Shown here: positions 12,170 to 23,060 of the stretch, in pieces | Numbering within the stretch: position 1 is the first letter of the stretch | Layout of the letters: every line of letters begins with the position of its first letter | Assembly: GCF_000400465.1 (NCBI RefSeq) | Contig: NW_008806278.1 | Location: 472,592 to 504,591 of the forward strand | Direction: 5' to 3' | Source: Wallemia ichthyophaga EXF-994 | Taxonomy: Eukaryota; Fungi; Basidiomycota | Length of the DNA stretch: 32,000 nucleotides | Program-made: the position numbers and the translations under genes | The notes under the pieces: model-generated | The model's input: the letters and a program-made list of their open reading frames with translations, nothing else | Database searches by the model: none | What the model was told of the DNA's origin: nothing

Positions 12170-12647
12170 TCCTTTTGCTTTTCTTTTGGCATCATCTATT
12201 TTTGATTTCTCCAACCCTGATCCATGACTGTTTAGGTAGATTTTATTCGACGGTGTAATTCGTTGATGGGGAGAAGTTGGTAAGGAAGAGCGTGAATATT
12301 TATATCTACACAACTTTAACGAAGAGAGTTAGAGATCATCCCGTTTTCTTTCTTACAAAGGGGTATTGCGATTATTTGATGGTAATTTAAAGCTTTTATC
12401 TTACCATAAATCACAAATTTGCTTCAAGATGCGCTTTTTACTGCTAAAGATTTGATGATTAAAGTGTCTTTGCCAAACCTCAATTAGGGGAGAGAAGGAT
12501 GTAAGTGCACTAAAGTGAGAAGCGAGTTGGGGTTGCGAGTATGATTGATATTTAAAACGGGTGATTGAATGGCAGCTGAGTGTGATTTTCAAGGGAGATG
12601 TCAACAGGAGTATCATGTGATTACAGCATAATATGCTTGCATCAACA

Positions 12648-12720
12648 GGGGATGTAGTCTAGTGGTTATGGCGCTTTCTTAGCATGGAAGAGGTCCCCGG
12701 TTCAATTCCGGGCATCTCCA
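12648..12720 (+). tRNA. tRNA-Ala(AGC)
   Basis: GGGGATG/CATCTCC-A acceptor, CTTTC-TTAGCAT-GGAAG anticodon arm, CCCGG-TTCAATT-CCGGG T-arm, T5 terminator at 12746-12750. Confidence 0.95.
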
Positions 12721-13040
12721 ATGACTCTGATCATTTCAGAGTATCTTTTTGCATATTTTAGCAATCCACACTTAATTTTATTCAACTCATCAATCATGCT
12801 TTAGTGTGCTTTAATATTTTGTGTTTTCATAATATTAACCAGTTTTGTTATTATTATCCCCTTATCTTCTCTCACATACAAATGTAAAATTCGGTGTGGA
12901 AGGGTTGTCGACTTGAAATGACACAATCTGTTCCAAAATCTACATTGTATCGTGCCCCACCGTCAACTTTTTCTTATGAGTTCTTTTTCGTATGCATTTT
13001 GCTGTATTATTAACACGTTGTGCATGTTGAATTCACAGTC

Positions 13041-13895
13041 TCACAAGTTTAAACACATCCTTAGTAATTTGAAATGAATATTAGTAACCATCTGCTTAAA
13101 ACGATTCAGTATTGAATAATGTTCAAATATCCTGCTTAACTTCAGCCCTGCTCGAGAAACCTTTGAAGCTTCTATCATCTTCGTTATAATTGCAAGGCCG
13201 GGGATAAGTAATGTCAGAAAACTAACATTCAATGCTCTCAAATTCAGACAGCTGATCGGCGTCAAAGACAACTTAAACGCGATTGATGGACGAGCTTTTC
13301 AGCCTTTGTAGCGTAAGATTGTTGCTTTCTTCCATGTGCGGTTATGGAGTGTTTACAAAGTAAAGCAAAAGAACCTGCATTATAAAGGAGCTGTTTGGGA
13401 TGTCTAGAAGGGAAGTTGGCCACAGCGGTATCTTCCAGCGAATTCAAGTGCAGTGTGAGCTTGTTGACTGTGTCACATGATGGCTAGTACTCCCAGAAAA
13501 ACGTTGACCTGCTTATTCAATCACATCGACGAGAGTGACCGCCAAATGGCGCAAATATCTCGGTTGAGGTAATATGATATTCCAAAGATGTCTAGTATAA
13601 GCTGCGGTGGTGTTTATTTCAATCTGCAGAAGGTTTATCTTTAACTCTATATCTCTTGTTCAGAGGAGGTGCATGTAGTGTGCAGCAGATGGGCTCCCAG
13701 GATACAGTCGTTGAACTTTATCAGGTAAAACGAGTCAAGATCTCCCAAATATCGCTTGGGTATGGCAAGGGATCTGTACAGCACGGAGATGGCGACTGAG
13801 TTGATATAACTTGATGTGAGCCTGAGTGCGCAGAATGTCTCCTGGGGGAGATAAATGAGTAACTTTACAATCAACTCGTATGGCAATATTTCCAT
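13041..13895 (-). pseudogene. F-box protein relic with frameshifts and stops
   Basis: N-terminus LPYELIVKLLIYLPQETFCALRLTSSYINSVAISVLYR is an F-box pattern. The downstream sequence breaks into several short frames with no convincing GT-AG/branch introns to join them. Confidence 0.55.
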
Positions 13896-14608
13896 AGCTG
13901 GTGGTCGTTTGTCATCAAGAGCATAGACCTTTCTGCTACTATTATATAAACGAGACTCGTCTTAAGGTTGTTGTGTTATGATATATATAGATAGAAGTCA
14001 AAACATATAGTCAAAAGCGTTACAACGATTAATAATTTTCGCCTATCTATACTTCTTGTGCATTGAAAGCTGGTGATTGTAGTGATTCAAACGGATGCGC
14101 TTCTTGGCACGTGTGCCGTAAATTAGGAGGTAAATACGTGGAGCTACCGGAGGCGCGCGGGTGGGTGCTGAGCTGGTTTTTGAAGAAGTCGTAGAGGGGC
14201 TTTGAGAGCTTCTTCATTTGAAAGCATATATTTCATCTCGAACCTTAACCCCAATCCATATATCCTCCTCCTCAACGATAATCTTGCTTGATCGAACTTC
14301 CTACATATGAAAATCCTGTGTGTGATACTGTCTACATTGCACTTACTGCAAAATGATGAGTCGGACAGTTTAAATCGGAATTGGTAAGACTTGGCAGTAT
14401 TTACGATATCCCTGAGAACACCCTGAAGCTGTCAATGTATACAATTGATCCAATCTCAGTCTAATGAAGGCCAAAATAAGCTCGAAGCATTTTTATTGAT
14501 AGATTTTAATATCTAAAACCGCCAGAAGCAGGCTCGGGCCAAAAACGCTACTTTATCGCACAAGCTAATGACGAGATATATTCTAACATGCGTTAAGAAA
14601 ATCATCAA

Positions 14609-14680
14609 TCCTTGTTAGTATATCGGTTAGTACGCCCGCTTGTCACGCGGGAGAGCTGGGTTCAACTCCCAGACAGGGAG
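14609..14680 (+). tRNA. tRNA-Asp(GTC)
   Basis: TCCTTGT/ACAGGGA-G acceptor, CCCGC-TTGTCAC-GCGGG anticodon arm, CTGGG-TTCAACT-CCCAG T-arm. Confidence 0.95.
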
Positions 14681-15302
14681 TTTAATTTTGTCAAAATGTT
14701 GACAATATTTTGCTCTTGCAATGAAATTAATGAAAAATTCACTCAATGCTAATGGACTTTTGAATGTTTTCAGAAATACCACGTCCGTCTTGACTGAAAC
14801 GAGACGCACACACAATTTACTCCAGCAAGGAATTCGAATCGTTTGGTTTTGAATGCGAGAAGGCACCACAGCACCAATCTGAGATATCGAGTTTTTCCGC
14901 AAATTGTTGCAACCGCTAGAGAAGACCTCCAGACGAACTGCGAGAAGACTTCACTCTTCCGTGCCAAGATGAAGAAAAGCAGCTTCAAGACGACAAGCGC
15001 ATGAGTATAAGCGATGCACGAAAAGAGAAGAAAAGAAAAGAAAGCTTGCTCTGATTGTGACACCTCATCCTTAAAATTTGCGTTTTATCCGACAACCCCG
15101 ATCGCTTGTATGGGGGGCGAGCAGATGAGGATGAATGAAGGGATAATTCACTACTTACGATGTGAGTAGAATAAGACACTATTTCATCTCGATCACGTTA
15201 TCATGTTATCTGCTGCACGGCCACACAAACAAGAATTGGTTTGTTCCTCGCATTGGCTGGCGAGCGGCGAAGCAAATTGCAAATTCTTCCACCCAAACAA
15301 TC

Positions 15303-15671
15303 ATGACCACTGCACAAATAGTCCTGCCCAATTTCTACAAATTCGTTCTCTGTACGGAAGCAGGACTGATAACCAACACAGAGCGCCTTCTTGCGCCAAG
15401 TTCGTTCGGCTCGTATCTCTCGTTCGAAATACTGAATACAAAAGACGGGAAATTCAAAATGCGCACAAGAGAAGTTGATGGAGGAGCCTTCGTCGGATAT
15501 TCAGATAGCGAGAGAATGTACCTTCATAAGAAACACGCTCAAGCAGACGAATTTGAAATCCATCTCAATACCATTGACAGTACGTTTCATCTCCTATCAA
15601 GCACCAACGGCAGAGTCAAATGCACTGGCAACGCCGTTTATCCTTCGCTCACCCCACCACTCAAGATATAA
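15303..15671 (+). CDS. Small hypothetical protein (122 aa), beta-strand rich
   Basis: ATG at 15303 inside ORF 15162-15671, coding-like composition, A-rich 3' flank. No family that I can recognise with confidence. Confidence 0.5.
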   Translation: MTTAQIVLPNFYKFVLCTEAGLITNTERLLAPSSFGSYLSFEILNTKDGKFKMRTREVDGGAFVGYSDSERMYLHKKHAQADEFEIHLNTIDSTFHLLSSTNGRVKCTGNAVYPSLTPPLKI

Positions 15672-15731
15672 TTATAACAGGAAATGCAACAACAAACAAA
15701 AACCATAGAAAGAACTATTTAGACAGCAATA

Positions 15732-18290
15732 TTAGGCATTCTCCCATCCTTGTACATTCACAACGCTCGTTTCTGAACCTTGTACGACATCACCAATGAC
15801 GTGTACATCATTTTCACCAGTCTTTTTGATTTCCTTGACAACGTTATCGGCATCTTGTGCATCGACTACCAATACCATTCCAATACCGTTGTTGAATGTG
15901 CGAGACATCTCACTCGAAGCGACACGACCGCTTTGTTGAAGCCAGTCAAAGATAGCTGGACGTTTCCATTTGCTAGCGTCCACGACAGCGCCAAGGCCTT
16001 TTGGTAGTACGCGAGGGATGTTGTCGGTGAAGCCTCCACCGGTAATGTGACTCATACCCTTGACTAATCCCTGTCTGATAACAGGGAGGGTTGACTTTAC
16101 GTAGATCTTAGTCGGGGTGAGGAGTTCTTCCGCTAAAGAGCCCTCGCGCTCGCTCCATGGAGCCTTTACGCAGCGGTAATCTACGTCGTTTCCATAAACA
16201 CGGGCAATGATCTTGTGGACGAGCGAATATCCATTTGAGTGTATACCCGATGAGGAGACACCAACGAGTACGTCACCAGCCTTGATATTGTTCTTTGGGA
16301 GTATTTCACCACGTTCGACAGCACCGACTGCAAATCCAGCGAGATCGTAGTCATCTATTGTGGGTAAGTAAGTGGCGTCGCGATTAGTACCCTGCTCACC
16401 GTCAGAGTAGATGTTCGGCATTTCAGCGGTTTCACCACCAATCAGAGCACAGTTTGCCTGCCTACACCCTTCTGCGATACCCTTGATGACAGCGGCTGCG
16501 TCATCGACTTGCAACTTGGAGCAGGCGTAGTAGTCGAGGAATAAGAGCGGTTCAGCACCTTGGACGATAAGGTCGTTGACTGACATAGCAACGAGGTCAA
16601 TTCCTTGTGTAGCATTAGTTGGTAACTCGAAAATACATCAACACCTACCAACACTATCATGGATCTTGGTATTATGGGCAATCTTAATCTTGGTGCCAAC
16701 ACCATCTGTTGCGCAAACTAATATAGGGTCTTTAAAACCGGCAGCTTTGAGGTCGAAAGCACCACCGAATCCACCGATATCAGCATCAGCTCCTGATCTC
16801 TTTGTAGCTTTGACGGTTGGTTTGATGAGATCTACGAGTCTGTTACCCTCTTCAATAGAGACACCAGCCTGAGCGTAAGTCATGCCCTCTTCGCTCGTAA
16901 CGTTGAGTGCTCTATGAGCAATATCTTTTCTATATGTCTTTCCTTCGAATTGAATAGCATCTACACCTTTGTAAGCTTTTTCGAGGGCTTCATGCAGCGT
17001 TGAGGCAAATGCAGATACAGCGAGAACTCTACCACCTGCGGTTACAAGTTGACCGTCTTTAATTGCAGTGCCGGCATGATACGCGACGACGTCTTGTGGA
17101 AGCTGATTAATTTTGATTGGCACGCCAGTAGGGTATTTGCCGGGATAACCACCGGAAGCGAGCACGACACTTACGGCATGCTCACCTTCTCTGAGGGAAA
17201 ACTTAACACAGTCGAGGCGGCGGTCAACACAAGCTTTCATAATCTCAGCGAGATCAGATTCTGGTGAGAGAAGACGCAAAAGTGCTTGTGTTTCTGGATC
17301 ACCGAATCTGACATTATACTCGAGTACTTTGACACCAGTTGGGTCGAGCATGAAACCAGTGAAGAGCATTCCGACCATTGGAAAACCATCTTTGCGCATG
17401 CCAGTGACGGTGTTTTGAATAATATTGAGGCATTCTTTGCGCACTTGAGGAGTTTCGGCAGGGGCAGGAGTGTATGCACCCATTCCGCCAGTATTTCCAC
17501 CAGTGTCACCTTCACCGATACGTTTGTGATCCTGTGCTGCAGGAAGGGCGTGTACGGTATAACCATCAGTGAAAGCAAGAACAGAGAGCTCTGGACCGGT
17601 GAGGAGTTGTTCGAGAACGAGAGAAGAGCCAGCAGATCCGAATTGATTCTTTTCAAGAACATTTTCAACCTCATTGATACATTCTTGTTCAGATTGAGGG
17701 ATAATAACGCCTTTACCACCAGCAAGACCGTCTGCCTTCACGACAAGGCTAATACCGTTTGAGTAAGACTGATGAACGTACTCCTTGGCTGGAGCGGATT
17801 GAGACTTGTCAAAATTCTTGAAAGCCGCAGTTGGAATGTTGTGTCTAGCCATGAAATCCTTTGAAAATGTCTTACTGCCTTCGCATTGGGCAGCTGCTTG
17901 TGAAGGACCGAAGACGCTGATACCAGCTGGGAGGGAATTAGATAGGCGTTGATAGGAAAAATACACCTGCCTTTCCTGAAATAACCCTCAACGCCGTCGA
18001 CTAAGGGCTGCTCAGGACCCGGTATGACCAGATTAATCTACGGATATAAATCAGATAAGGAATTTGAGGGTTTGAACACAACCCACATTATTCTCAATTG
18101 CAAATTTAACCAAATTATTGAAATCCTTGGGTGAATGTCCGCATTCAAAGTTTTTACATTTTGTGATATCCGCAGTGCCACCGTTACCTGGAGCAACGAC
18201 GATAGATTCTACTAGCTTTGACTGAGCAAGCGTGTACGCCAGTGTGTGCTCTCTTCCACCGTTACCGAGGATTAGGACTCTGAGTGACAT
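15732..18290 (-). CDS. ADE5,7: Bifunctional GAR synthetase/AIR synthetase (de novo purine synthesis)
   Basis: [76 protein letters not shown] and TFNNGIGMV. Introns 18038-18086, 17927-17970 (GC-AG), 16604-16648 and 16355-16399. Confidence 0.97.
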
Positions 18291-18321
18291 GGCGGTGTGA
18301 ATACAACAGCCATCATCCACT

Positions 18322-18845
18322 ATGATCAAAGTTGGTATCGGATGCTTTCTACTCAATCAACACAATCAGATTCTTATCGGTAAGAGGATCAATTCAATTG
18401 GCCATGGAACACTCGGTATATCCACACACACCGTCTATTTCTCATCTCACACACCCAACAGCACTCCCTGGTGGTCACCTCGAGTACGGCGAATCATTTG
18501 AGCAGGTTGTTCTTCCCCGTTCCTGTCTTTTTCCCGCTTACTCCCGATCAGTGTGCCGCGCGCGAAGTTGAGGAGGAAACTTCTCTTAAACCTTCTTCAA
18601 TTTCCCATTGGAAACTCGGAACCACCGTAGGAAGCCTCACCGAGTCAGAGCATTACGTCACCATCTTCATGATTGCAAAGCAAGCAACTGAAACACCTCT
18701 CGTGCCTTTAAACGCTGAACCAGAAAAATGCGAGGGTTGGTCCTGGATCGACTGGGAAGATCTCAAAACCCTACCACCAAGTAGACTATTCAAGCCGCTG
18801 AATGTGCTCATCGAGGAAAGAAGTTCATTTCGTCCGTGCATTTGA
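18322..18845 (+). CDS. Nudix hydrolase, NUDT15/plant NUDT1-like nucleoside triphosphate pyrophosphohydrolase (143 aa)
   Basis: Missed as a whole by the ORF track. Splicing out 18416-18461 and 18506-18551 gives [58 protein letters not shown]...HYVTIFM...NAEPEKCEGWSW, with a full Nudix box. Confidence 0.9.
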
Positions 18846-18874
18846 ATGGATTTAATGTATTGATATCCGCTTAT

Positions 18875-20044
18875 CTATATATCAGTTTTTATCACGCTAA
18901 TGAGCCTTTGCTCCCATTCTGCAAGTTCACCCTCCTTGTATTCGTCGGTCTTCTCTGCCAATGCCTTTTCAAACACACTCCAATCAATCACATTCTTACC
19001 AGTGGACAAACCACCATCTTCCATCGAAGCTTGAGGGAGTGCAAACTCCCCTTGTCGCGTTCTCGTCAGCTCAACGACGTGAGCTGATGATCCGAGTGCT
19101 TTACCGAGATCGTGAACAATCGATCTGACATATGTACCTCCTGATACTGTCATACGCAATTTGAAAGCTTTTGGTCCTTCTGTTGTTTCTGCACGTAGAG
19201 CGTTGTCTATCTTCTCTTCATCACTTTTGTCTTCATTCAGTTGGCTATTACTATCACTCTTTTCTACACTCTGATCGTCACTGTGGCTTACGAACTCTTG
19301 TGCTTTCTGTGCAGCCACCTTATCTTCATGGCTCAATTCATTTGTTGGGTATATGAAACTGTGTTTGTCTCCAGGGATAAAATCTTCAAGAGTGAGCGAA
19401 TGTATGGTGCATTTTCTGCTCTCAACTGGCTTTGGTGGTACTTCACCTGCTCTAGCATACTCGAACAACCTCTTTCCTTCAATTTTGATAGCCGAGAATC
19501 TTAAATCGACAGGCTAAGCAGAAGAATCGCGTGAGAGGATCACTCACATCGGCGGCAGCTGATCAATTTCACCTCTAAAGCCTTCCAGAGCTTTCTCAAT
19601 GTCGGCTTTTGTAATATGCTGCCACGGTGATTTAGATACGACGGCACCTTTAGAGTCGTACGAGTCTGTCTCGCATCCCAGCAATCCAATAGCAGTGTAT
19701 TCCTTAGAGCAATTCAACAGATCCGCTAGCTTCTTAGTACCCTTATTCAAACCAACGACAAGCACACCGTCAGCGAGTGGGTCAAGCGTACCACCCTGAC
19801 CAACTTTGACGGCGAATCCACCGATACCACGTCCACCGCCACCTTTACTCTTGCGCCACTTATTGCCCTTCTTTTTCTTGTCAGATGGCAGTGGCGGTGG
19901 AGCGTCTTCTGAAGGCTTGAACAGCTGCGAGTAACCAAAGAGCGGCTTGATAGAATCTAAAAGGGCCATAGAAGTTGGACCAGATGGTTTATTCACAGCA
20001 AATAACCCAGAAAGCGGGTAATGTATTGACTGCGTTTTCGGCAT
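18875..20044 (-). CDS. PUS4: tRNA pseudouridine-55 synthase (TruB family)
   Basis: GLFAVNKPSG, KVGQGGTLDPLADGVLVVG with catalytic Asp, GCETDSYD, PP|IFSAIKIEGKRLFEYAR (intron 19500-19547) and SGGTYVRSIVHDLG. Confidence 0.93.
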
Positions 20045-20071
20045 GAGCGTATAACTTAAACCTAAACAGCC

Positions 20072-22004
20072 ATGAGCAGAGATTTAAATAAAATTAAAGA
20101 TGAGGAACGCGAATCAAATCTCGGATCCGTTTATGGCGTTTCTGGTCCCGTCGTCATCGCACAAGGACTCGATGGCGTGGCTATGTACGAACTGATTAGA
20201 GTCGGTCATGACGAACTTATTGGTGAAGTTATTAGAATTGAAGGCAGATTGGCTATTGCTCAGATTTATGAGGAGACTTCCGGTTTGACAGTTGGTGATC
20301 CTGTCCTCCGCACTGGAAAGCCTTTATCTGTAGAGCTTGGCCCTGGATTAATGTCCAACATCTATGACGGTATTCAGAGACCTTTAAAGGGCATTAGGGA
20401 GAAATCTCAATCCATTTATATCCCACGTGGTATAAACACCGATGCTCTCGACCGCGGTGTTCAATGGGACTTCAATCCATCTGTCTCTGTCGGTGATCAC
20501 TTGTCTGGCGGTGATATTTACGGCAGTGTTTACGAAAACTCTCTGCTCAACGACCACAAGATGATGCTTGGTCCACGTTCACTCGGTACTGTCACTCATA
20601 TCGCTGAGAAGGGCGCATATAACGTCGACGACGTCGTCCTCGAAACTGAATTCGAGGGCAAGAAATCCAACCACACCATGGCACAACTCTGGCCAGTCAG
20701 AGCTCCACGTCCAGTCACCGAGAAACTCACTGCGAACAACCCCCTTCTCACCGGTCAACGTATTCTCGACTCTCTCTTCCCATGTGTTCAAGGTGGTACA
20801 ACTGCCATTCCCGGTGCTTTTGGTTGTGGCAAGACTGTCATTTCACAAGCTCTGTCCAAGTTCTCCAACTCAGACATCATCGTATACGTCGGTTGTGGTG
20901 AGCGCGGTAACGAGATGGCTGAAGTCCTGCTCGAATTCCCTGAACTCACTATCGAAGTCAACGGTCGTGAAGAGCCAATCATGAAACGTACTTCACTCGT
21001 CGCTAACACCTCCAACATGCCCGTCGCAGCTCGTGAAGCTTCCATTTACACGGGTATCACCATCTCTGAATACTTTAGAGATCAAGGTAAAAACGTTGCA
21101 ATGATGGCTGACTCTACTTCTCGCTGGGCTGAAGCGTTGCGTGAAATTTCAGGTAGATTAGCTGAAATGCCTGCTGACTCGTGAGTTGTCTTTATTGATG
21201 ATAATGGGGTTATATACTCACCACAATTCCAGCGGTTACCCTGCTTACCTCGGTGGTAAATTGGCTTCCTTCTATGAGAGAGCTGGTCGTGTCAGTACTC
21301 TTGGATCACCAAACAGAGAAGGGTCAGTTTCTATCGTCGGTGCTGTCTCTCCGCCAGGTGGTGATTTCTCTGATCCTGTTACATCATCTACCCTTGGTAT
21401 CGTACAAGTGTTCTGGGGTTTGGACAAGAAGCTCGCACAGAGAAAACATTTCCCCTCTGTTAACTGGAACGTATCCTACTCAAAATACACCAACGTTCTT
21501 GAACCATACTACGAAGATAATGCACCTGGTTTCATAGATTTACGTTCAAAAGCTAAATCTATCTTACAAAAGGAGGAGGATTTGGCAGAAATCGTTCAGT
21601 TGGTCGGTAAGAGTGCCTTGGGTGAGAATGACAAGGTTACACTTGAATTGGCTAGAATGTTGAAAGATGACTTTTTACAACAAAACGGTATGAGTGAATA
21701 CGATCGCTTCTGTCCTTTCTACAAAACAGCTGGTATGCTTGACAATTTTATTGCTTTCAATGAAGCCGCACAAAATGCAATCGTCGAAGGTGATCTTACT
21801 TATAACAATATCAAAGACGGTGTCTCCGATGTTATGTTTAAACTCTCTCAAATGAAATTTGAGTCACCATCTCAAGGTAAAGAGGATATTACCGGCAAGT
21901 TTGATCAACTTAATACCGTGAGTTGATGTATTTTTTAAAGATAAGCATTAGCTAACCACTAGTCACAGGAAATTCAAGAGAGATTTAGACAGTTGATCGA
22001 GTAA
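20072..22004 (+). CDS. VMA1: V-type H+-ATPase catalytic subunit A, no intein
   Basis: [15 protein letters not shown] (Walker A), [26 protein letters not shown] and [17 protein letters not shown]. Introns 21181-21231 and 21918-21968; stop TAA at 22002-22004. Confidence 0.98.
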
Positions 22005-22401
22005 ATTAGTCATGTTTTCTTTTTGTTATTAATCATTTTATCCATTGTAGAACTTTGTCTTTGATGTGTTTAAACTTGTGAGACTGTGAATTCAACATGC
22101 ACAACGTGTTAATAATACAGCAAAATGCATACGAAAAAGAACTCATAAGAAAAAGTTGACGGTGGGGCACGATACAATGTAGATTTTGGAACAGATTGTG
22201 TCATTTCAAGTCGACAACCCTTCCACACCGAATTTTACATTTGTATGTGAGAGAAGATAAGGGGATAATAATAACAAAACTGGTTAATATTATGAAAACA
22301 CAAAATATTAAAGCACACTAAAGCATGATTGATGAGTTGAATAAAATTAAGTGTGGATTGCTAAAATATGCAAAAAGATACTCTGAAATGATCAGAGTCA
22401 T

Positions 22402-22474
22402 TGGAGATGCCCGGAATTGAACCGGGGACCTCTTCCATGCTAAGAAAGCGCCATAACCACTAGACTACATCCCC
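22402..22474 (-). tRNA. tRNA-Ala(AGC), second copy
   Basis: Reverse complement of 12648-12720. Confidence 0.95.
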
Positions 22475-22952
22475 TGTTGATGCAAGCATATTATGCTGTA
22501 ATCACATGATACTCCTGTTGACATCTCCCTTGAAAATCACACTCAGCTGCCATTCAATCACCCGTTTTAAATATCAATCATACTCGCAACCCCAACTCGC
22601 TTCTCACTTTAGTGCACTTACATCCTTCTCTCCCCTAATTGAGGTTTGGCAAAGACACTTTAATCATCAAATCTTTAGCAGTAAAAAGCGCATCTTGAAG
22701 CAAATTTGTGATTTATGGTAAGATAAAAGCTTTAAATTACCATCAAATAATCGCAATACCCCTTTGTAAGAAAGAAAACGGGATGATCTCTAACTCTCTT
22801 CGTTAAAGTTGTGTAGATATAAATATTCACGCTCTTCCTTACCAACTTCTCCCCATCAACGAATTACACCGTCGAATAAAATCTACCTAAACAGTCATGG
22901 ATCAGGGTTGGAGAAATCAAAAATAGATGATGCCAAAAGAAAAGCAAAAGGA

Positions 22953-23060
22953 TGGTGAGACTGGGATTCGAACCCAGGATGCATAAAGCATTGACAGTCC
23001 CAATCTAATTGGAAAGCTCTTTGCTTGAAATCAACGGAATAACCACTATCCGACCTCACC
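22953..23060 (-). tRNA. tRNA-Leu(CAA) with intron, second copy
   Basis: Reverse complement of 12062-12169. Confidence 0.75.

Larger units (their letters stand above)
12052..13059 (+). repeat. Left arm of a 1008-bp inverted repeat; partner at 22063-23070
   Basis: Reverse complement matches 22063-23070 with constant coordinate sum 35122 at both ends and all internal anchors. I found no mismatch by eye, and the ORF track gives identical peptides at 12401-12616 and 22506-22721. Confidence 0.97.

Noticed and set aside
12018-12616. ORFs 12018-12227, 12401-12616, 22506-22721 and 22895-23104
   Set aside because: They overlap tRNA genes or repeat DNA and have no protein-like features; they are duplicated only because of the repeat.
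12724-12750. Hairpin ACTCTGA/TCAGAGT plus T5 after tRNA-Ala, resembling a bacterial terminator
   Set aside because: The T5 run is the Pol III terminator and a 7-bp stem is not significant.
14627-15063. Minus-strand ORFs 14627-14902 and 14770-15063
   Set aside because: The first is antisense to tRNA-Asp. The second lacks an ATG and its hydrophobicity comes from a purine-rich tract on the + strand.
20880-20920. VMA1 intein (VDE)
   Set aside because: The insertion site [11 protein letters not shown] is contiguous, so no intein is present.
13060-22062. Mating-type switching cassette
   Set aside because: No homeodomain, HMG, pheromone or STE3-like receptor gene lies in or next to the segment.
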